From Treponemataceae bacterium (GTDB lineage Bacteria; Spirochaetota; Spirochaetia; Treponematales; Rectinemataceae): DNA of 64,000 nt. Each line of letters begins with the position of its first letter. The first letter of the stretch is position 1. A program made the position numbers and the translations under genes. The notes under the pieces were generated by a model that ran no database searches, was not told where the DNA came from, and saw only the letters and a program-made list of their open reading frames with translations. Shown one piece after another: positions 17,925-26,554 of this stretch. The stretch spans positions 896,001-960,000 of the forward strand of contig CAXXHO010000003.1 of assembly GCA_963667725.2 (NCBI GenBank). The letters run 5' to 3'.

Positions 17925-18521
17925 ATGGACACATTCCAGTGGCTATATACGGATACCGTAAAAGATCATTTCATGAACCCTAGGAACGTTTTCAACCCCG
18001 ACGAGGCCTTTGTGGCCGACGCCGAAGGAGTTGTGGGCAATATACGATGCGGCGACCAGATGATGTTCCTGCTCAAGATAAAAGACGACGTCATCGCGGA
18101 CGTGCGCTGGAAGACCTATGGCTGCGCTTCGGCAATAGCCAGCACCTCCATGCTTTCGGAATCCATCAAAGGCATGAAGCTCAGGCAGGCATATGGCATC
18201 AAGCCGGCCGACATAGCCGCGAAACTGGGCGGACTGCCCGACAACAAGATTCACTGCTCGGTTCTGGGCGACAAGGCGCTGCGCGCGGCCATCGACCAGT
18301 ACCTCGAAAAGAACGGCAGGGCGGGGGAGTTCAAGGGCGAAGATGCCGTGGTTATCTGCAAATGCCTCAACATCACCGATAAGGATATCGAGACGGCGGT
18401 GAAGGCAGGGGCGAGGGACTGGCACCAGCTTCAGGAAGCCACCAAGATAGGCACCGTATGCGGTGAATGCAAAACCAAGGCCGAAGAACTTCTCCACGAG
18501 TTCGCGCATATCTATTCCTGA
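17925..18521 (+). CDS. IscU/NifU-N scaffold fused to a BFD-like [2Fe-2S] domain
   Basis: 'DHFMNPRN', 'CGD', 'YGCASAIAS', 'KIHCSVL' and C-terminal CKC...CGEC. Confidence 0.9.
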   Translation: MDTFQWLYTDTVKDHFMNPRNVFNPDEAFVADAEGVVGNIRCGDQMMFLLKIKDDVIADVRWKTYGCASAIASTSMLSESIKGMKLRQAYGIKPADIAAKLGGLPDNKIHCSVLGDKALRAAIDQYLEKNGRAGEFKGEDAVVICKCLNITDKDIETAVKAGARDWHQLQEATKIGTVCGECKTKAEELLHEFAHIYS

Positions 18522-18550
18522 ACTCGGCCGAGCGTTCCGGAAATCCATCA

Positions 18551-19402
18551 ATGAAAAACAAGACCGTCCCGGAAGCCGCCCCCGCGATGGGTGCCCGCGA
18601 AGCGGACGCGTTTCGGGCGCTCGTCTATAAAAACGCCGCCGCCTGCTGGCGCGAGCTGCCATGGAGGCGGGACGCCGATCCTTACGCGATAATGGTTTCG
18701 GAAATGATGCTTCAGCAGACGCAGGTGCCGAGGGTAGTCCCGAAGTATCTTTCGTGGATGGAACGCTTCCCCGAGATCGGAAGCCTCGCGGCGGCGCCCG
18801 CCGATGAAATCCTGCGGTTCTGGAGCGGCCTCGGCTACAACAGGAGGGCGCTGGCCCTCCACCGGAGCGGCCAGATCATCGCCAAGGATTTTGGAGGCCG
18901 TGTTCCCCAGGACGAAGCCGCGCTGCGCTCCCTGCCGGGCATCGGCGTCTATACTTCCCGCGCGATACTCGCCTTCGCCTTCGACAGGCCGACGGTATTC
19001 CTGGAAACCAATATACGCACCGTTCTTTTGAAGCATTTTTTCCCGGAAGAGACCGGCGTCTCCGACAGGGCTCTTGAAGGCATAGCGGCCCAGGTCCTCG
19101 ACGTGGCCGCGCCGCGTCGCTGGTACACGGCCCTCATGGATTACGGCTCCGAGCTCAAGCGAATCGAGGGCAACCATTCTGTGCGCGGCGCGGCCTATAA
19201 AAAACAGGCGCCCTTCGCCACATCGTTCAGGCGCGTGCGGGGCGCCGTCCTCAGGCGACTCGTCGAAAGCAAAAAAGTGGCGATCGAAGAACTCTACCTC
19301 ACGCTTCCCTTTTCGCGCGAAAACATCGAAAAATGCGCTTCGGCCCTCGTCAAAGAAGGCTTCGCCGCCTACGAGGGCGACAGCCTTAAAATCTCCGGCT
19401 GA
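18551..19402 (+). CDS. mutY: Short A/G-specific adenine glycosylase (MutY-like, no Fe-S motif)
   Basis: 'RELPWR', 'VSEMMLQQTQV', 'WSGLGYNRRA', HhH 'LPGIGVYT' and 'ALMDYG'. Confidence 0.8.
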   Translation: MKNKTVPEAAPAMGAREADAFRALVYKNAAACWRELPWRRDADPYAIMVSEMMLQQTQVPRVVPKYLSWMERFPEIGSLAAAPADEILRFWSGLGYNRRALALHRSGQIIAKDFGGRVPQDEAALRSLPGIGVYTSRAILAFAFDRPTVFLETNIRTVLLKHFFPEETGVSDRALEGIAAQVLDVAAPRRWYTALMDYGSELKRIEGNHSVRGAAYKKQAPFATSFRRVRGAVLRRLVESKKVAIEELYLTLPFSRENIEKCASALVKEGFAAYEGDSLKISG

Positions 19403-19408
19403 AGACGA

Positions 19409-20728
19409 TCAGACCTTTTTCCCGAAAATACCCGAGAAAAATTTCATGATGCCGTCCCAGACGCGCCTGAAGATATTGCCGTGGGGAATATCGGCCGAAG
19501 TCACGAGATCGATGGCCGAAACGTCGCGCTGGCCCAGCGAATAGACTATCCTTCCGAGTTTCGTGCCCTTCGCGAGGGGGGCGTCGGCGTAAGGCTGCGC
19601 CTCGACGCGCATCCTCAGGGATTCGGACTGCGAGCGCGGAACCGTGACGGCATTCGTCCTCGCGGGAACGAGCTCGGCCCTTCTTACGTTGCCGAACCAG
19701 GTCCTGGGACTTGGAATGACGCCCGGATCGAGACTGATCGTCGAAAAGTTATCGAAAGCCCAGTCGAGGAGACGCGTGGTGTCAGCCGTGCGCTGACGCC
19801 CCCCGCCCGCGTAGGACGAGCCGGTGCCGCCGAGGGTCACGGCGATGAAACGGGTGCCGTCGCGCTCGGCGGTGGCTGCCATGTTGAAGCCCACTTCGAT
19901 GATGTAGCCGGTTTTGAGCCCATCCGCCCCGTCATAGCTGAATATGAGCGGATTGCGGTTGTATTGAACGATCCTGCCTTCGGGCACGAAGCCTGGCGCC
20001 GCGTGTTCGGCGCGGGGGAACTCGATGGACTTGACCGAGTGCAGTTCCCGCAGGGCCTGAGGATGCAGCTCCAGGTATTTTTTGCAGAAGAGGGCGAACT
20101 GACGGGCCGAGACGAGGTTGAACTCCGAGAGCCCCGAAGGTTCCTCGAATTTCAGATGGTCAAAACCCATGTCCTGTACCGTCTTGTTCATGAGCGCGGC
20201 GAAAGCCTCGTTGGAGCCCGCGATCCGCCGCGCCAGGGCATAGGCGGCGTCGTTGCCAGAGACCACGGCCGCGCCGAGCATGAGGTCGCGGATCGATACC
20301 TTCATCTTGGGATGGAGATACATGATCGACGAGCCGTAGGGAATGATCGGCGAACAGTCCCTGCGGTCTATCTCGACGAGTTCGTCGGGCGAAAGACGGC
20401 CGGCCGCTATCTCCTCGTAGACGAGGTGGAGCGTGACCAGCTTGGTCAGGCTCGCGGGGGGCAGGGAAATGTCGGGATTCTTGGCGTAGAGAAGGGTTCC
20501 CGTCCTTGCGTCGATGAGGACGGCCGAACGGGCGTTCACCGAGGGCGCCTGGGAAATGCCCGCCGATTCGGTGGCGGGAAGCCGGCTGGACTGGGCCGTC
20601 AGTTTGAGGGGAATGGCGAAAAGGAGGGCCAGGACGGCGGCCGCCGCCAAGGTTCTGGCCGCCGACATGCCCTTCCTCGCCATCCCGCGAGCATGGAATT
20701 CGGGCATCGCTTGTGTGTCGTAATTCAT
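19409..20728 (-). CDS. D-alanyl-D-alanine carboxypeptidase (PBP5/DacA family)
   Basis: ASLTK, SGN and LKTGY motifs plus a signal peptide; start uncertain. Confidence 0.92.
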   Translation of the reverse strand: MNYDTQAMPEFHARGMARKGMSAARTLAAAAVLALLFAIPLKLTAQSSRLPATESAGISQAPSVNARSAVLIDARTGTLLYAKNPDISLPPASLTKLVTLHLVYEEIAAGRLSPDELVEIDRRDCSPIIPYGSSIMYLHPKMKVSIRDLMLGAAVVSGNDAAYALARRIAGSNEAFAALMNKTVQDMGFDHLKFEEPSGLSEFNLVSARQFALFCKKYLELHPQALRELHSVKSIEFPRAEHAAPGFVPEGRIVQYNRNPLIFSYDGADGLKTGYIIEVGFNMAATAERDGTRFIAVTLGGTGSSYAGGGRQRTADTTRLLDWAFDNFSTISLDPGVIPSPRTWFGNVRRAELVPARTNAVTVPRSQSESLRMRVEAQPYADAPLAKGTKLGRIVYSLGQRDVSAIDLVTSADIPHGNIFRRVWDGIMKFFSGIFGKKV

Positions 20729-20744
20729 CGGGTTTTCCGGGATC

Positions 20745-22139
20745 TCAGAAATCTGCTTGTCTGGGCGCTCTCGGGAAGGGAATGACATCCCTGATATTGG
20801 TCATGCCAGTGACGTAGAGCAGCAGGCGCTCGAAGCCCAGGCCGAATCCCGCGTGAGGCGTGGAGCCGAAGCGTCGAAGGTCGAGGTACCACTTGTAGGA
20901 GTCGAGGTTGAGGCCGCCGTCCACGATGCGCTTCTGCAGGAGGTCGAGGCGCCACTCGCGCTCGGAGCCGCCCATGATCTCGCCGAAACGCGGCACGAGG
21001 ACATCCATGGCGGCGACAGTCTTGCCGTCGTCGTTCTGCTTCATGTAGAAGGCCTTGATCTCCTTGGGATAATCGGTGACGACGAGGGGGCCGCCCACCA
21101 CTTTTTCCGTGAGGAACTTTTCGTGCTCGCTCTGGAGGTCGCAGCCCCAGTAGGGGTCGAATTCGAAGACGCCCTTGTGCTTTTCCAGTTCCTTGACGGC
21201 CTCGGTGTAGGTCATGCGCGAGAAGGAGCCCTTGGCGACCTTCGTGAGGTCGTCGATGAGCCCTGGCTGGATTCGGGCGTCGAAGAAGGCGAGATCCTCG
21301 GAACAGTCCTTGAGCGCGACCTTGACGAGATAGAGGAGGAAATCCCGCGCGAGGGCGATGTCATCCTCCAGCTCGGCGAAGGCGATTTCCGGCTCTATCA
21401 TCCAGAACTCGGAAAGGTGCCTTGTCGTGTTGGAATTTTCGGCCCTGAACGTCGGCCCGAAGGTGTAGACGCGGTTCATGGACTGGCAGTAGGTCTCGAC
21501 GTTGAGCTGGCCCGAAACAGTGAGGAAGGCGGGCTTGCCGAAGAAGTCCTTGTCGTAGTCCACCGGACCACCCGCCGCCGCGATGCGGTCGAGATCGAGG
21601 GTCGTCACCTGGAACATCGCGCCGGCGCCCTCGGCGTCCGACGCCGTTATGAGGGGCGTGTGCACGTAGAAAAAGCCCCTCTCCTGGAAGAACTGGTGAA
21701 CGGCGAAGGCCATCCTGTTCCTGACGCGGGCCACAGCGCCGAAGGTGTTCGTGCGCGGCCTCAGGTGAGCCATCTCGCGGAGGAATTCCATGGAATGGGC
21801 TTTTTTCTGGAGAGGGTAGGTGTCGGCCGGAGCTTCGCCTATGACTTCCAGGGAAGAAGCCTTCACCTCGAGCTTCTGGCCGGTGCCGGGGGAGACGATG
21901 AGCGTTCCTTCGACGCTGACGCTGGCGCCCGTCGTCGTGCGCTCGAATTCGGCGGCCAGGGCGGGCTTCGCGACCTTCTCCTCGTCGAAAACGCACTGTA
22001 TATTCGTCATGCAGGAACCATCATTGATCTCCACGAACACGGCGGATTTGGTCTGCCTCTTCGTGCGCACCCAGCCCTTCACGGTGACGTGCTGGCCTTC
22101 GAGCTTCGATGATAAAAGTTCCTTCACGGTTGGAATCAT
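20745..22139 (-). CDS. asnS: Asparagine--tRNA ligase
   Basis: 'GWVRTKR', 'LTVSGQL', 'FGPTFRAENSNTTRHLSEFWMIEPE' and 'GFGLGFERL'. Confidence 0.97.
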   Translation of the reverse strand: MIPTVKELLSSKLEGQHVTVKGWVRTKRQTKSAVFVEINDGSCMTNIQCVFDEEKVAKPALAAEFERTTTGASVSVEGTLIVSPGTGQKLEVKASSLEVIGEAPADTYPLQKKAHSMEFLREMAHLRPRTNTFGAVARVRNRMAFAVHQFFQERGFFYVHTPLITASDAEGAGAMFQVTTLDLDRIAAAGGPVDYDKDFFGKPAFLTVSGQLNVETYCQSMNRVYTFGPTFRAENSNTTRHLSEFWMIEPEIAFAELEDDIALARDFLLYLVKVALKDCSEDLAFFDARIQPGLIDDLTKVAKGSFSRMTYTEAVKELEKHKGVFEFDPYWGCDLQSEHEKFLTEKVVGGPLVVTDYPKEIKAFYMKQNDDGKTVAAMDVLVPRFGEIMGGSEREWRLDLLQKRIVDGGLNLDSYKWYLDLRRFGSTPHAGFGLGFERLLLYVTGMTNIRDVIPFPRAPRQADF

Positions 22140-22274
22140 GGGTATCTCCATAAGAGCATGCAAATTTTATGCATGATACTCTGTCTGAGGCATAAAATCT
22201 ATATACGGTGACGGGATTTTTTCCCCTCGATGTTGTCGGTCGCTTCCCCGATGTGGTACTATAGACGTGAGATA

Positions 22275-22814
22275 ATGCTTTTTATGTCTCGCACGAGGAC
22301 AACCTTGAAATACAGCCTTCCCGTCGCTTACGTTCTCTGGGCCATCTCCGGATGCGGAGCCTTGGGCTTGCATAGATTCTATCTCGGCAAAGCCGGAACG
22401 GGCTTTATCTGGCTGCTCACCGGCGGCTTGGCCGGAATGGGATGCATCTACGACCTCTTCACCCTGCCCAGGCAGGTACAGGACGCCAATATGCGGAACG
22501 ACGCCCAGGCCTTTCTCGCGCAAGGCGCCTCGGCCGCCAGGGACCCGTATCTCCATACCGATGGTCTTTCCTACAGGCGCGTGGAACCGGCCGAAAAAAC
22601 CATCTTGAGGGTTGCCCGGAAAAACGGCGGACAAGTGACCCCCGGCGAGGTGGCCATCGAAGGCGACATCTCCGTGGAGGAGGCGCGCAAGGAGTTGGAC
22701 AAGCTTGCCAAGAACGGCATGGCCGAAGTCCGCGTCCGCTCCTCCGGCGTCGTCGTCTACTACTTTCCCGAGTTCGCCGACAACAACAAATCCGATTTCG
22801 TGGATCTGGGCTGA
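22275..22814 (+). CDS. TM2 (NINE) domain membrane protein with a C-terminal winged-helix-like segment
   Basis: 'AYVLW...[22 protein letters not shown]' TM2 motif. Confidence 0.8.
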   Translation: MLFMSRTRTTLKYSLPVAYVLWAISGCGALGLHRFYLGKAGTGFIWLLTGGLAGMGCIYDLFTLPRQVQDANMRNDAQAFLAQGASAARDPYLHTDGLSYRRVEPAEKTILRVARKNGGQVTPGEVAIEGDISVEEARKELDKLAKNGMAEVRVRSSGVVVYYFPEFADNNKSDFVDLG

Positions 22815-22840
22815 AGTCAACGTCCGCCTTCGCCCGAACG

Positions 22841-22867
22841 AAAGAGGTCCCTCGCGGGACCTCTTTT
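22841..22867. terminator. Intrinsic terminator, probably bidirectional
   Basis: AAAGAGGTCCC-TCGC-GGGACCTCTTTT between convergent genes. Confidence 0.8.
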
Positions 22868-22892
22868 ATATTTTGGAATCGATCTGTTGTCC

Positions 22893-23861
22893 TTAGGGGC
22901 CTGGATTGTCGTAGAGAACGAGATCTCCGGTGCCGCCGGAGATGTGCGGCAGGAAATCCCACTCATCCGGATAGAATGAATACGCATAGTCAATGTTCCA
23001 GTTTTTTCTTATCTGTTGTTTCGTGTAGGCATAGGCCTCATTGACCGTCACGTAGCCATCCCCATCGACATCGCCGGATTCGGCCGCCTCTAAAAGGTAG
23101 TTCGTGAATACCCCCTGCTGCACTGCGCCGTCTTCCCAGGATACTTCCTCCGAACCGGAAGCGCTCAACGCGAGTACCTCCTGGTCTCCATATGTCGAAA
23201 GGTTGTCCGCAACCATGGCGCCGAATTTCGAGAGCGCCCCCAGGAGAAGGGTTTTATCCCATGTCTGGTAGTTATACTGGCTGTAGTCGGCCTGGGCTGT
23301 GTCCACGGAACCATTGCCCAAGGTGAAGCCGCCCGAATAGCAAGAATCTAGGATTAGCATCCTGTGTTTTGCGGGAACCGCCGCGAGCCAATTTGTCAGG
23401 GTGGCAGGGGTGATCCATTTCGCATCGACAGGCCATGTGACGTCGTAGGGGAGAATGTATGCTGTTCCTGTGGCTTCGTCGATGGAACCATGTCCAGAAT
23501 AGTACACAAGGATGGTTGCACTCGGATCTGTTGATAAAGCTTCAATATGCGTTTTTATACTGGCATAGGTGGCCTCGCTGTTGATGAGGGTGGTCACCGA
23601 GGTCCAACCTTGAGCTTCTAACATTGCCTTCATACCAGTGGCGTCGTCATCTGGATATTTAAGATCGGGGGTCACTGTCTGATAATCCTGGACCCCAATG
23701 AGCAGCGCATACCGGTTCGTCGGCGTGGTCAGCCCACTGGAGGGTATCGAACATCCGGCGAGGATCGTTCCGAGCGACAGGATGAAGATGAGGGCGATCG
23801 AGGCTCCGGCGCCTCGGTACGGAGAGGAACGTGTCCGTCGAATTTTTACCTTACCAGTCAT
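22893..23861 (-). CDS. Caspase-family (peptidase C14) lipoprotein
   Basis: Lipobox LAGC, 'RYALLIGVQDY', YSGHG (His), ILDSCYSG (Cys), 'GVFTNYLL' and DVDGDGYVTVNE. Confidence 0.88.
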   Translation of the reverse strand: MTGKVKIRRTRSSPYRGAGASIALIFILSLGTILAGCSIPSSGLTTPTNRYALLIGVQDYQTVTPDLKYPDDDATGMKAMLEAQGWTSVTTLINSEATYASIKTHIEALSTDPSATILVYYSGHGSIDEATGTAYILPYDVTWPVDAKWITPATLTNWLAAVPAKHRMLILDSCYSGGFTLGNGSVDTAQADYSQYNYQTWDKTLLLGALSKFGAMVADNLSTYGDQEVLALSASGSEEVSWEDGAVQQGVFTNYLLEAAESGDVDGDGYVTVNEAYAYTKQQIRKNWNIDYAYSFYPDEWDFLPHISGGTGDLVLYDNPGP

Positions 23862-24457
23862 TTGGACGCTCCCTTGGACAGCTGAAATCCGATTCCGATT
23901 TCAAGCCCGACAGACATGGTTCGCGCGGTGCCGCGGAACATATATTCCACCGGCATGGACGCGAAAATGTTAAGCTCATGCCCATGGAGAAAAGGAAGGG
24001 AAAGTGGCTGGAGGAAACGCGCTTCGCCGACAAGCGAAGCGTAGGCGGTCACGACGCTGAGGCCCGTGAATCGGGAGGCAGACAAGGCCCCTCCCGCGAG
24101 GAAATCCAGCTCGCCCGAACCGACGGGAACCCGCAGTCCCGTCATCGCCGCGAGCCGATAGCCCCAGAAAGCGCGGTATCTAAAGAGCGTCGGATCCCAG
24201 GCCGAGGCGCCGATGGAATAAACACCCAGCTCGCCTCGTATCGGTATCCAATAATTCATGACCAGTTCCACACCTGTGCCGATGCCGAAGCCGTACGCGG
24301 GCAGGAGAGCGACATCTGAGCCGTAGCCGGGAGCGTAGAGGGCTCCGCCCGAAAGATCGGCTCGCCATGGGGAAGCCGCGACGGGCAGCACTGCCATGAA
24401 AGTCGTCACGATGAAAAAAATGACCGGCACAAAGATATGCCGACGGTTATTCGCCAT
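23858..24457 (-). CDS. Secreted protein, probable small outer-membrane beta-barrel
   Basis: Signal peptide, alternating Gly/aromatic amphipathic strands, ends '...VGLEIGIGFQL'. Confidence 0.55.
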   Translation of the reverse strand: MANNRRHIFVPVIFFIVTTFMAVLPVAASPWRADLSGGALYAPGYGSDVALLPAYGFGIGTGVELVMNYWIPIRGELGVYSIGASAWDPTLFRYRAFWGYRLAAMTGLRVPVGSGELDFLAGGALSASRFTGLSVVTAYASLVGEARFLQPLSLPFLHGHELNIFASMPVEYMFRGTARTMSVGLEIGIGFQLSKGASK

Positions 24458-24508
24458 ACTTACCTTCTATTTACCGTCTAAAAGGTGTAAATTCACCTGG
24501 AGATACAA

Positions 24509-24934
24509 ATGATCAGCACTATATATATTAACCACAACCAGCGCCGGTTGTGTACAAAGCGCGGCGCTTTCCTTCTTTTTATGGCAGTCCTCCTGATGAT
24601 TGCCACATTGTCCGGCTGCTCGAAGGGATATTCCCGCTTCATGAAACTGCCCGCCGACCCGTCGGTTGGGTCCGGATTGGGCTGGGCGGCGGTCACTTCG
24701 GCCTATGCCCATGCCAAAAAACTGCCCGACGCGACTTCCGAGGACATATCAGTCGTCCGAAGGGGAACCGTTTTCCTCTGCGCGGAGCGTAAAATAGATC
24801 CGGCGGGACAGGACATAGGCGGACTCTGGTATAAATTCGGCGAAGGTTCCGCTGCTGGATGGATTCATTCAGGCGATCTGAGTATCTTTTCATCCGAGGC
24901 GCAGGCTCGCGAAGCTGTAGAGCTTCTTCAATAA
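24509..24934 (+). CDS. Small lipoprotein, bacterial SH3-like
   Basis: Lipobox LSGC and 'WYKF...GWI' SH3b-like pattern; may start at 24581. Confidence 0.6.
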   Translation: MISTIYINHNQRRLCTKRGAFLLFMAVLLMIATLSGCSKGYSRFMKLPADPSVGSGLGWAAVTSAYAHAKKLPDATSEDISVVRRGTVFLCAERKIDPAGQDIGGLWYKFGEGSAAGWIHSGDLSIFSSEAQAREAVELLQ

Positions 24935-24955
24935 AATCATGGCCAAGGAAGGCTG

Positions 24956-26554
24956 ATGGAGTTTTTTAAAGTCTGGATCATGCCCCCTCTCGTCGGGGCG
25001 ATTATTGGCTATTTCACCAATTGGCTTGCCATAAAAATGCTTTTCAGGCCATTGAAACCAATTTACATAGGCAAACTCAAGCTTCCCTTCACGCCGGGCA
25101 TCCTTCCGAGGGAGCGCCTGCGCCTAACCGACAGCGTCGGCGAAACGGTTTCCCGCGAACTGCTTACGCCCGAGGTTTTCAGAACGAGGCTCGTCGAGCC
25201 GGCCCTTAAAACCAAGATCGAGCAGTCCGTCTATGTCATCATCGACGATGCGCTGAATCACGATGCTTCCGCCTTGCTTAAAAGCCTGGCGGGCGAGCGT
25301 GAAGGCTCCAAAGCCCCCGAAGTCCCCGAAGTCCCGGGGATTCCCGAATTGAAAAACTTCGGCTCCAGCGAAGCGGGCAGCCTCGTCGCCTCATCCTTCA
25401 ATTCAATCGTCGGATCCGTCGAATTCAGGACGGCGCTCTCGTACGCGGCCGGACGGACCATCACCGAGGCGGGAAAAATCCCCTTGGGCAGCATCCTGCC
25501 CGGCGACCGCGTCCGAGCCCTGGCTGAACGTTTCGCGGGAGAGTGGGGCGAGCGCGACAAGAAGAAAATGATCGAAGCCTTCGTGGACAGACTTCTGGAA
25601 TCCTCGCCCTCATCCGGTCCGCTCGTTTCGCCGAGGACGCTTTCCCCGCTTGCCGAAGCGGCCACGCGCTCGCTCTACGCGAGCTTGCTGCCTATTGTCG
25701 AAAAAATTCTCGACAGCGAAGCCGTGAAAGCTGATCTCAAGAATGTCGGCGTGGATATGATCCGAAGGGTCATCGGCAGGCTGGGGCCAATCCAGCGCCT
25801 GATAGTGACGGCGGCGAACTACGAGAAAACCCTGGCCGACACGATGCCCGAGACGATACGCGACGTGTCCGGATCGATAATCGGCCTGCTGCGGGGCCCC
25901 GACATGGAGAACAAGGTGGTGGAATCCGTCCTGGCCTACATCGGAACGCCGAGGCTTTCCCATTCGTCGGCTCCCCTGGCTGGCATTTTCCCGATTTCCG
26001 AGCTGAAAAGAGCGCTGGAACTATTCTTTCAGGGGCTGGAACTGGAGAAGGCGAGTTTCGCGGAGAACGTGGAGAGACGCTACGCTTCAATAGCCGAAAA
26101 GTCCCTGAGCGAACTGCTGCCTGGACTCTCGGAGGCTCTGGTCGGAAGCGTCGAGAAGGGGCTTACGTCGACGAGGCCCGCCGATGGTACGCGGTCGCGG
26201 ATAGGATCGGATCTGCTTTCCCGATCCCTGAGCGATTTTCTGCTTTCCTACGCGGAAAAAATCGAGGGAAAGACCCTCGGGGCTGTCCTTTCGCTGGGCG
26301 AGGCGGAAAGGCGCAGGATCGCGCGCGTCGTTTCAGATGCCGTCACGCAGGCGCTGGCCTCGCAGTCCGAAAGGCTTGTGGAGGCGCTGGATATCCAGAC
26401 GATGGTCGTCGACAAGCTCAACGACCTGGATATGTCCGACATCGAACGCATCATCCTCAAGGTGGTCAACGACGAACTCACGTGGATAACCGTATTGGGA
26501 GGAATTCTGGGCGCCTTCATCGGCGTGATCCAGAGTCTGCTCACTTTGCTCTAG
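24956..26554 (+). CDS. DUF445 (YheB-like) membrane protein
   Basis: 'GAIIGYFTNWLAIKMLFRP' N-terminus and 'ELTWITVLGGILGAFIG' C-terminus. Confidence 0.88.
   Translation: MEFFKVWIMPPLVGAIIGYFTNWLAIKMLFRPLKPIYIGKLKLPFTPGILPRERLRLTDSVGETVSRELLTPEVFRTRLVEPALKTKIEQSVYVIIDDALNHDASALLKSLAGEREGSKAPEVPEVPGIPELKNFGSSEAGSLVASSFNSIVGSVEFRTALSYAAGRTITEAGKIPLGSILPGDRVRALAERFAGEWGERDKKKMIEAFVDRLLESSPSSGPLVSPRTLSPLAEAATRSLYASLLPIVEKILDSEAVKADLKNVGVDMIRRVIGRLGPIQRLIVTAANYEKTLADTMPETIRDVSGSIIGLLRGPDMENKVVESVLAYIGTPRLSHSSAPLAGIFPISELKRALELFFQGLELEKASFAENVERRYASIAEKSLSELLPGLSEALVGSVEKGLTSTRPADGTRSRIGSDLLSRSLSDFLLSYAEKIEGKTLGAVLSLGEAERRRIARVVSDAVTQALASQSERLVEALDIQTMVVDKLNDLDMSDIERIILKVVNDELTWITVLGGILGAFIGVIQSLLTLL

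Noticed and set aside
25313..25350. Short 9-nt tandem repeat (PEVPEVPGIPE) in the DUF445 gene
   Set aside because: In-frame low-complexity linker, not a CRISPR or phase-variable tract.
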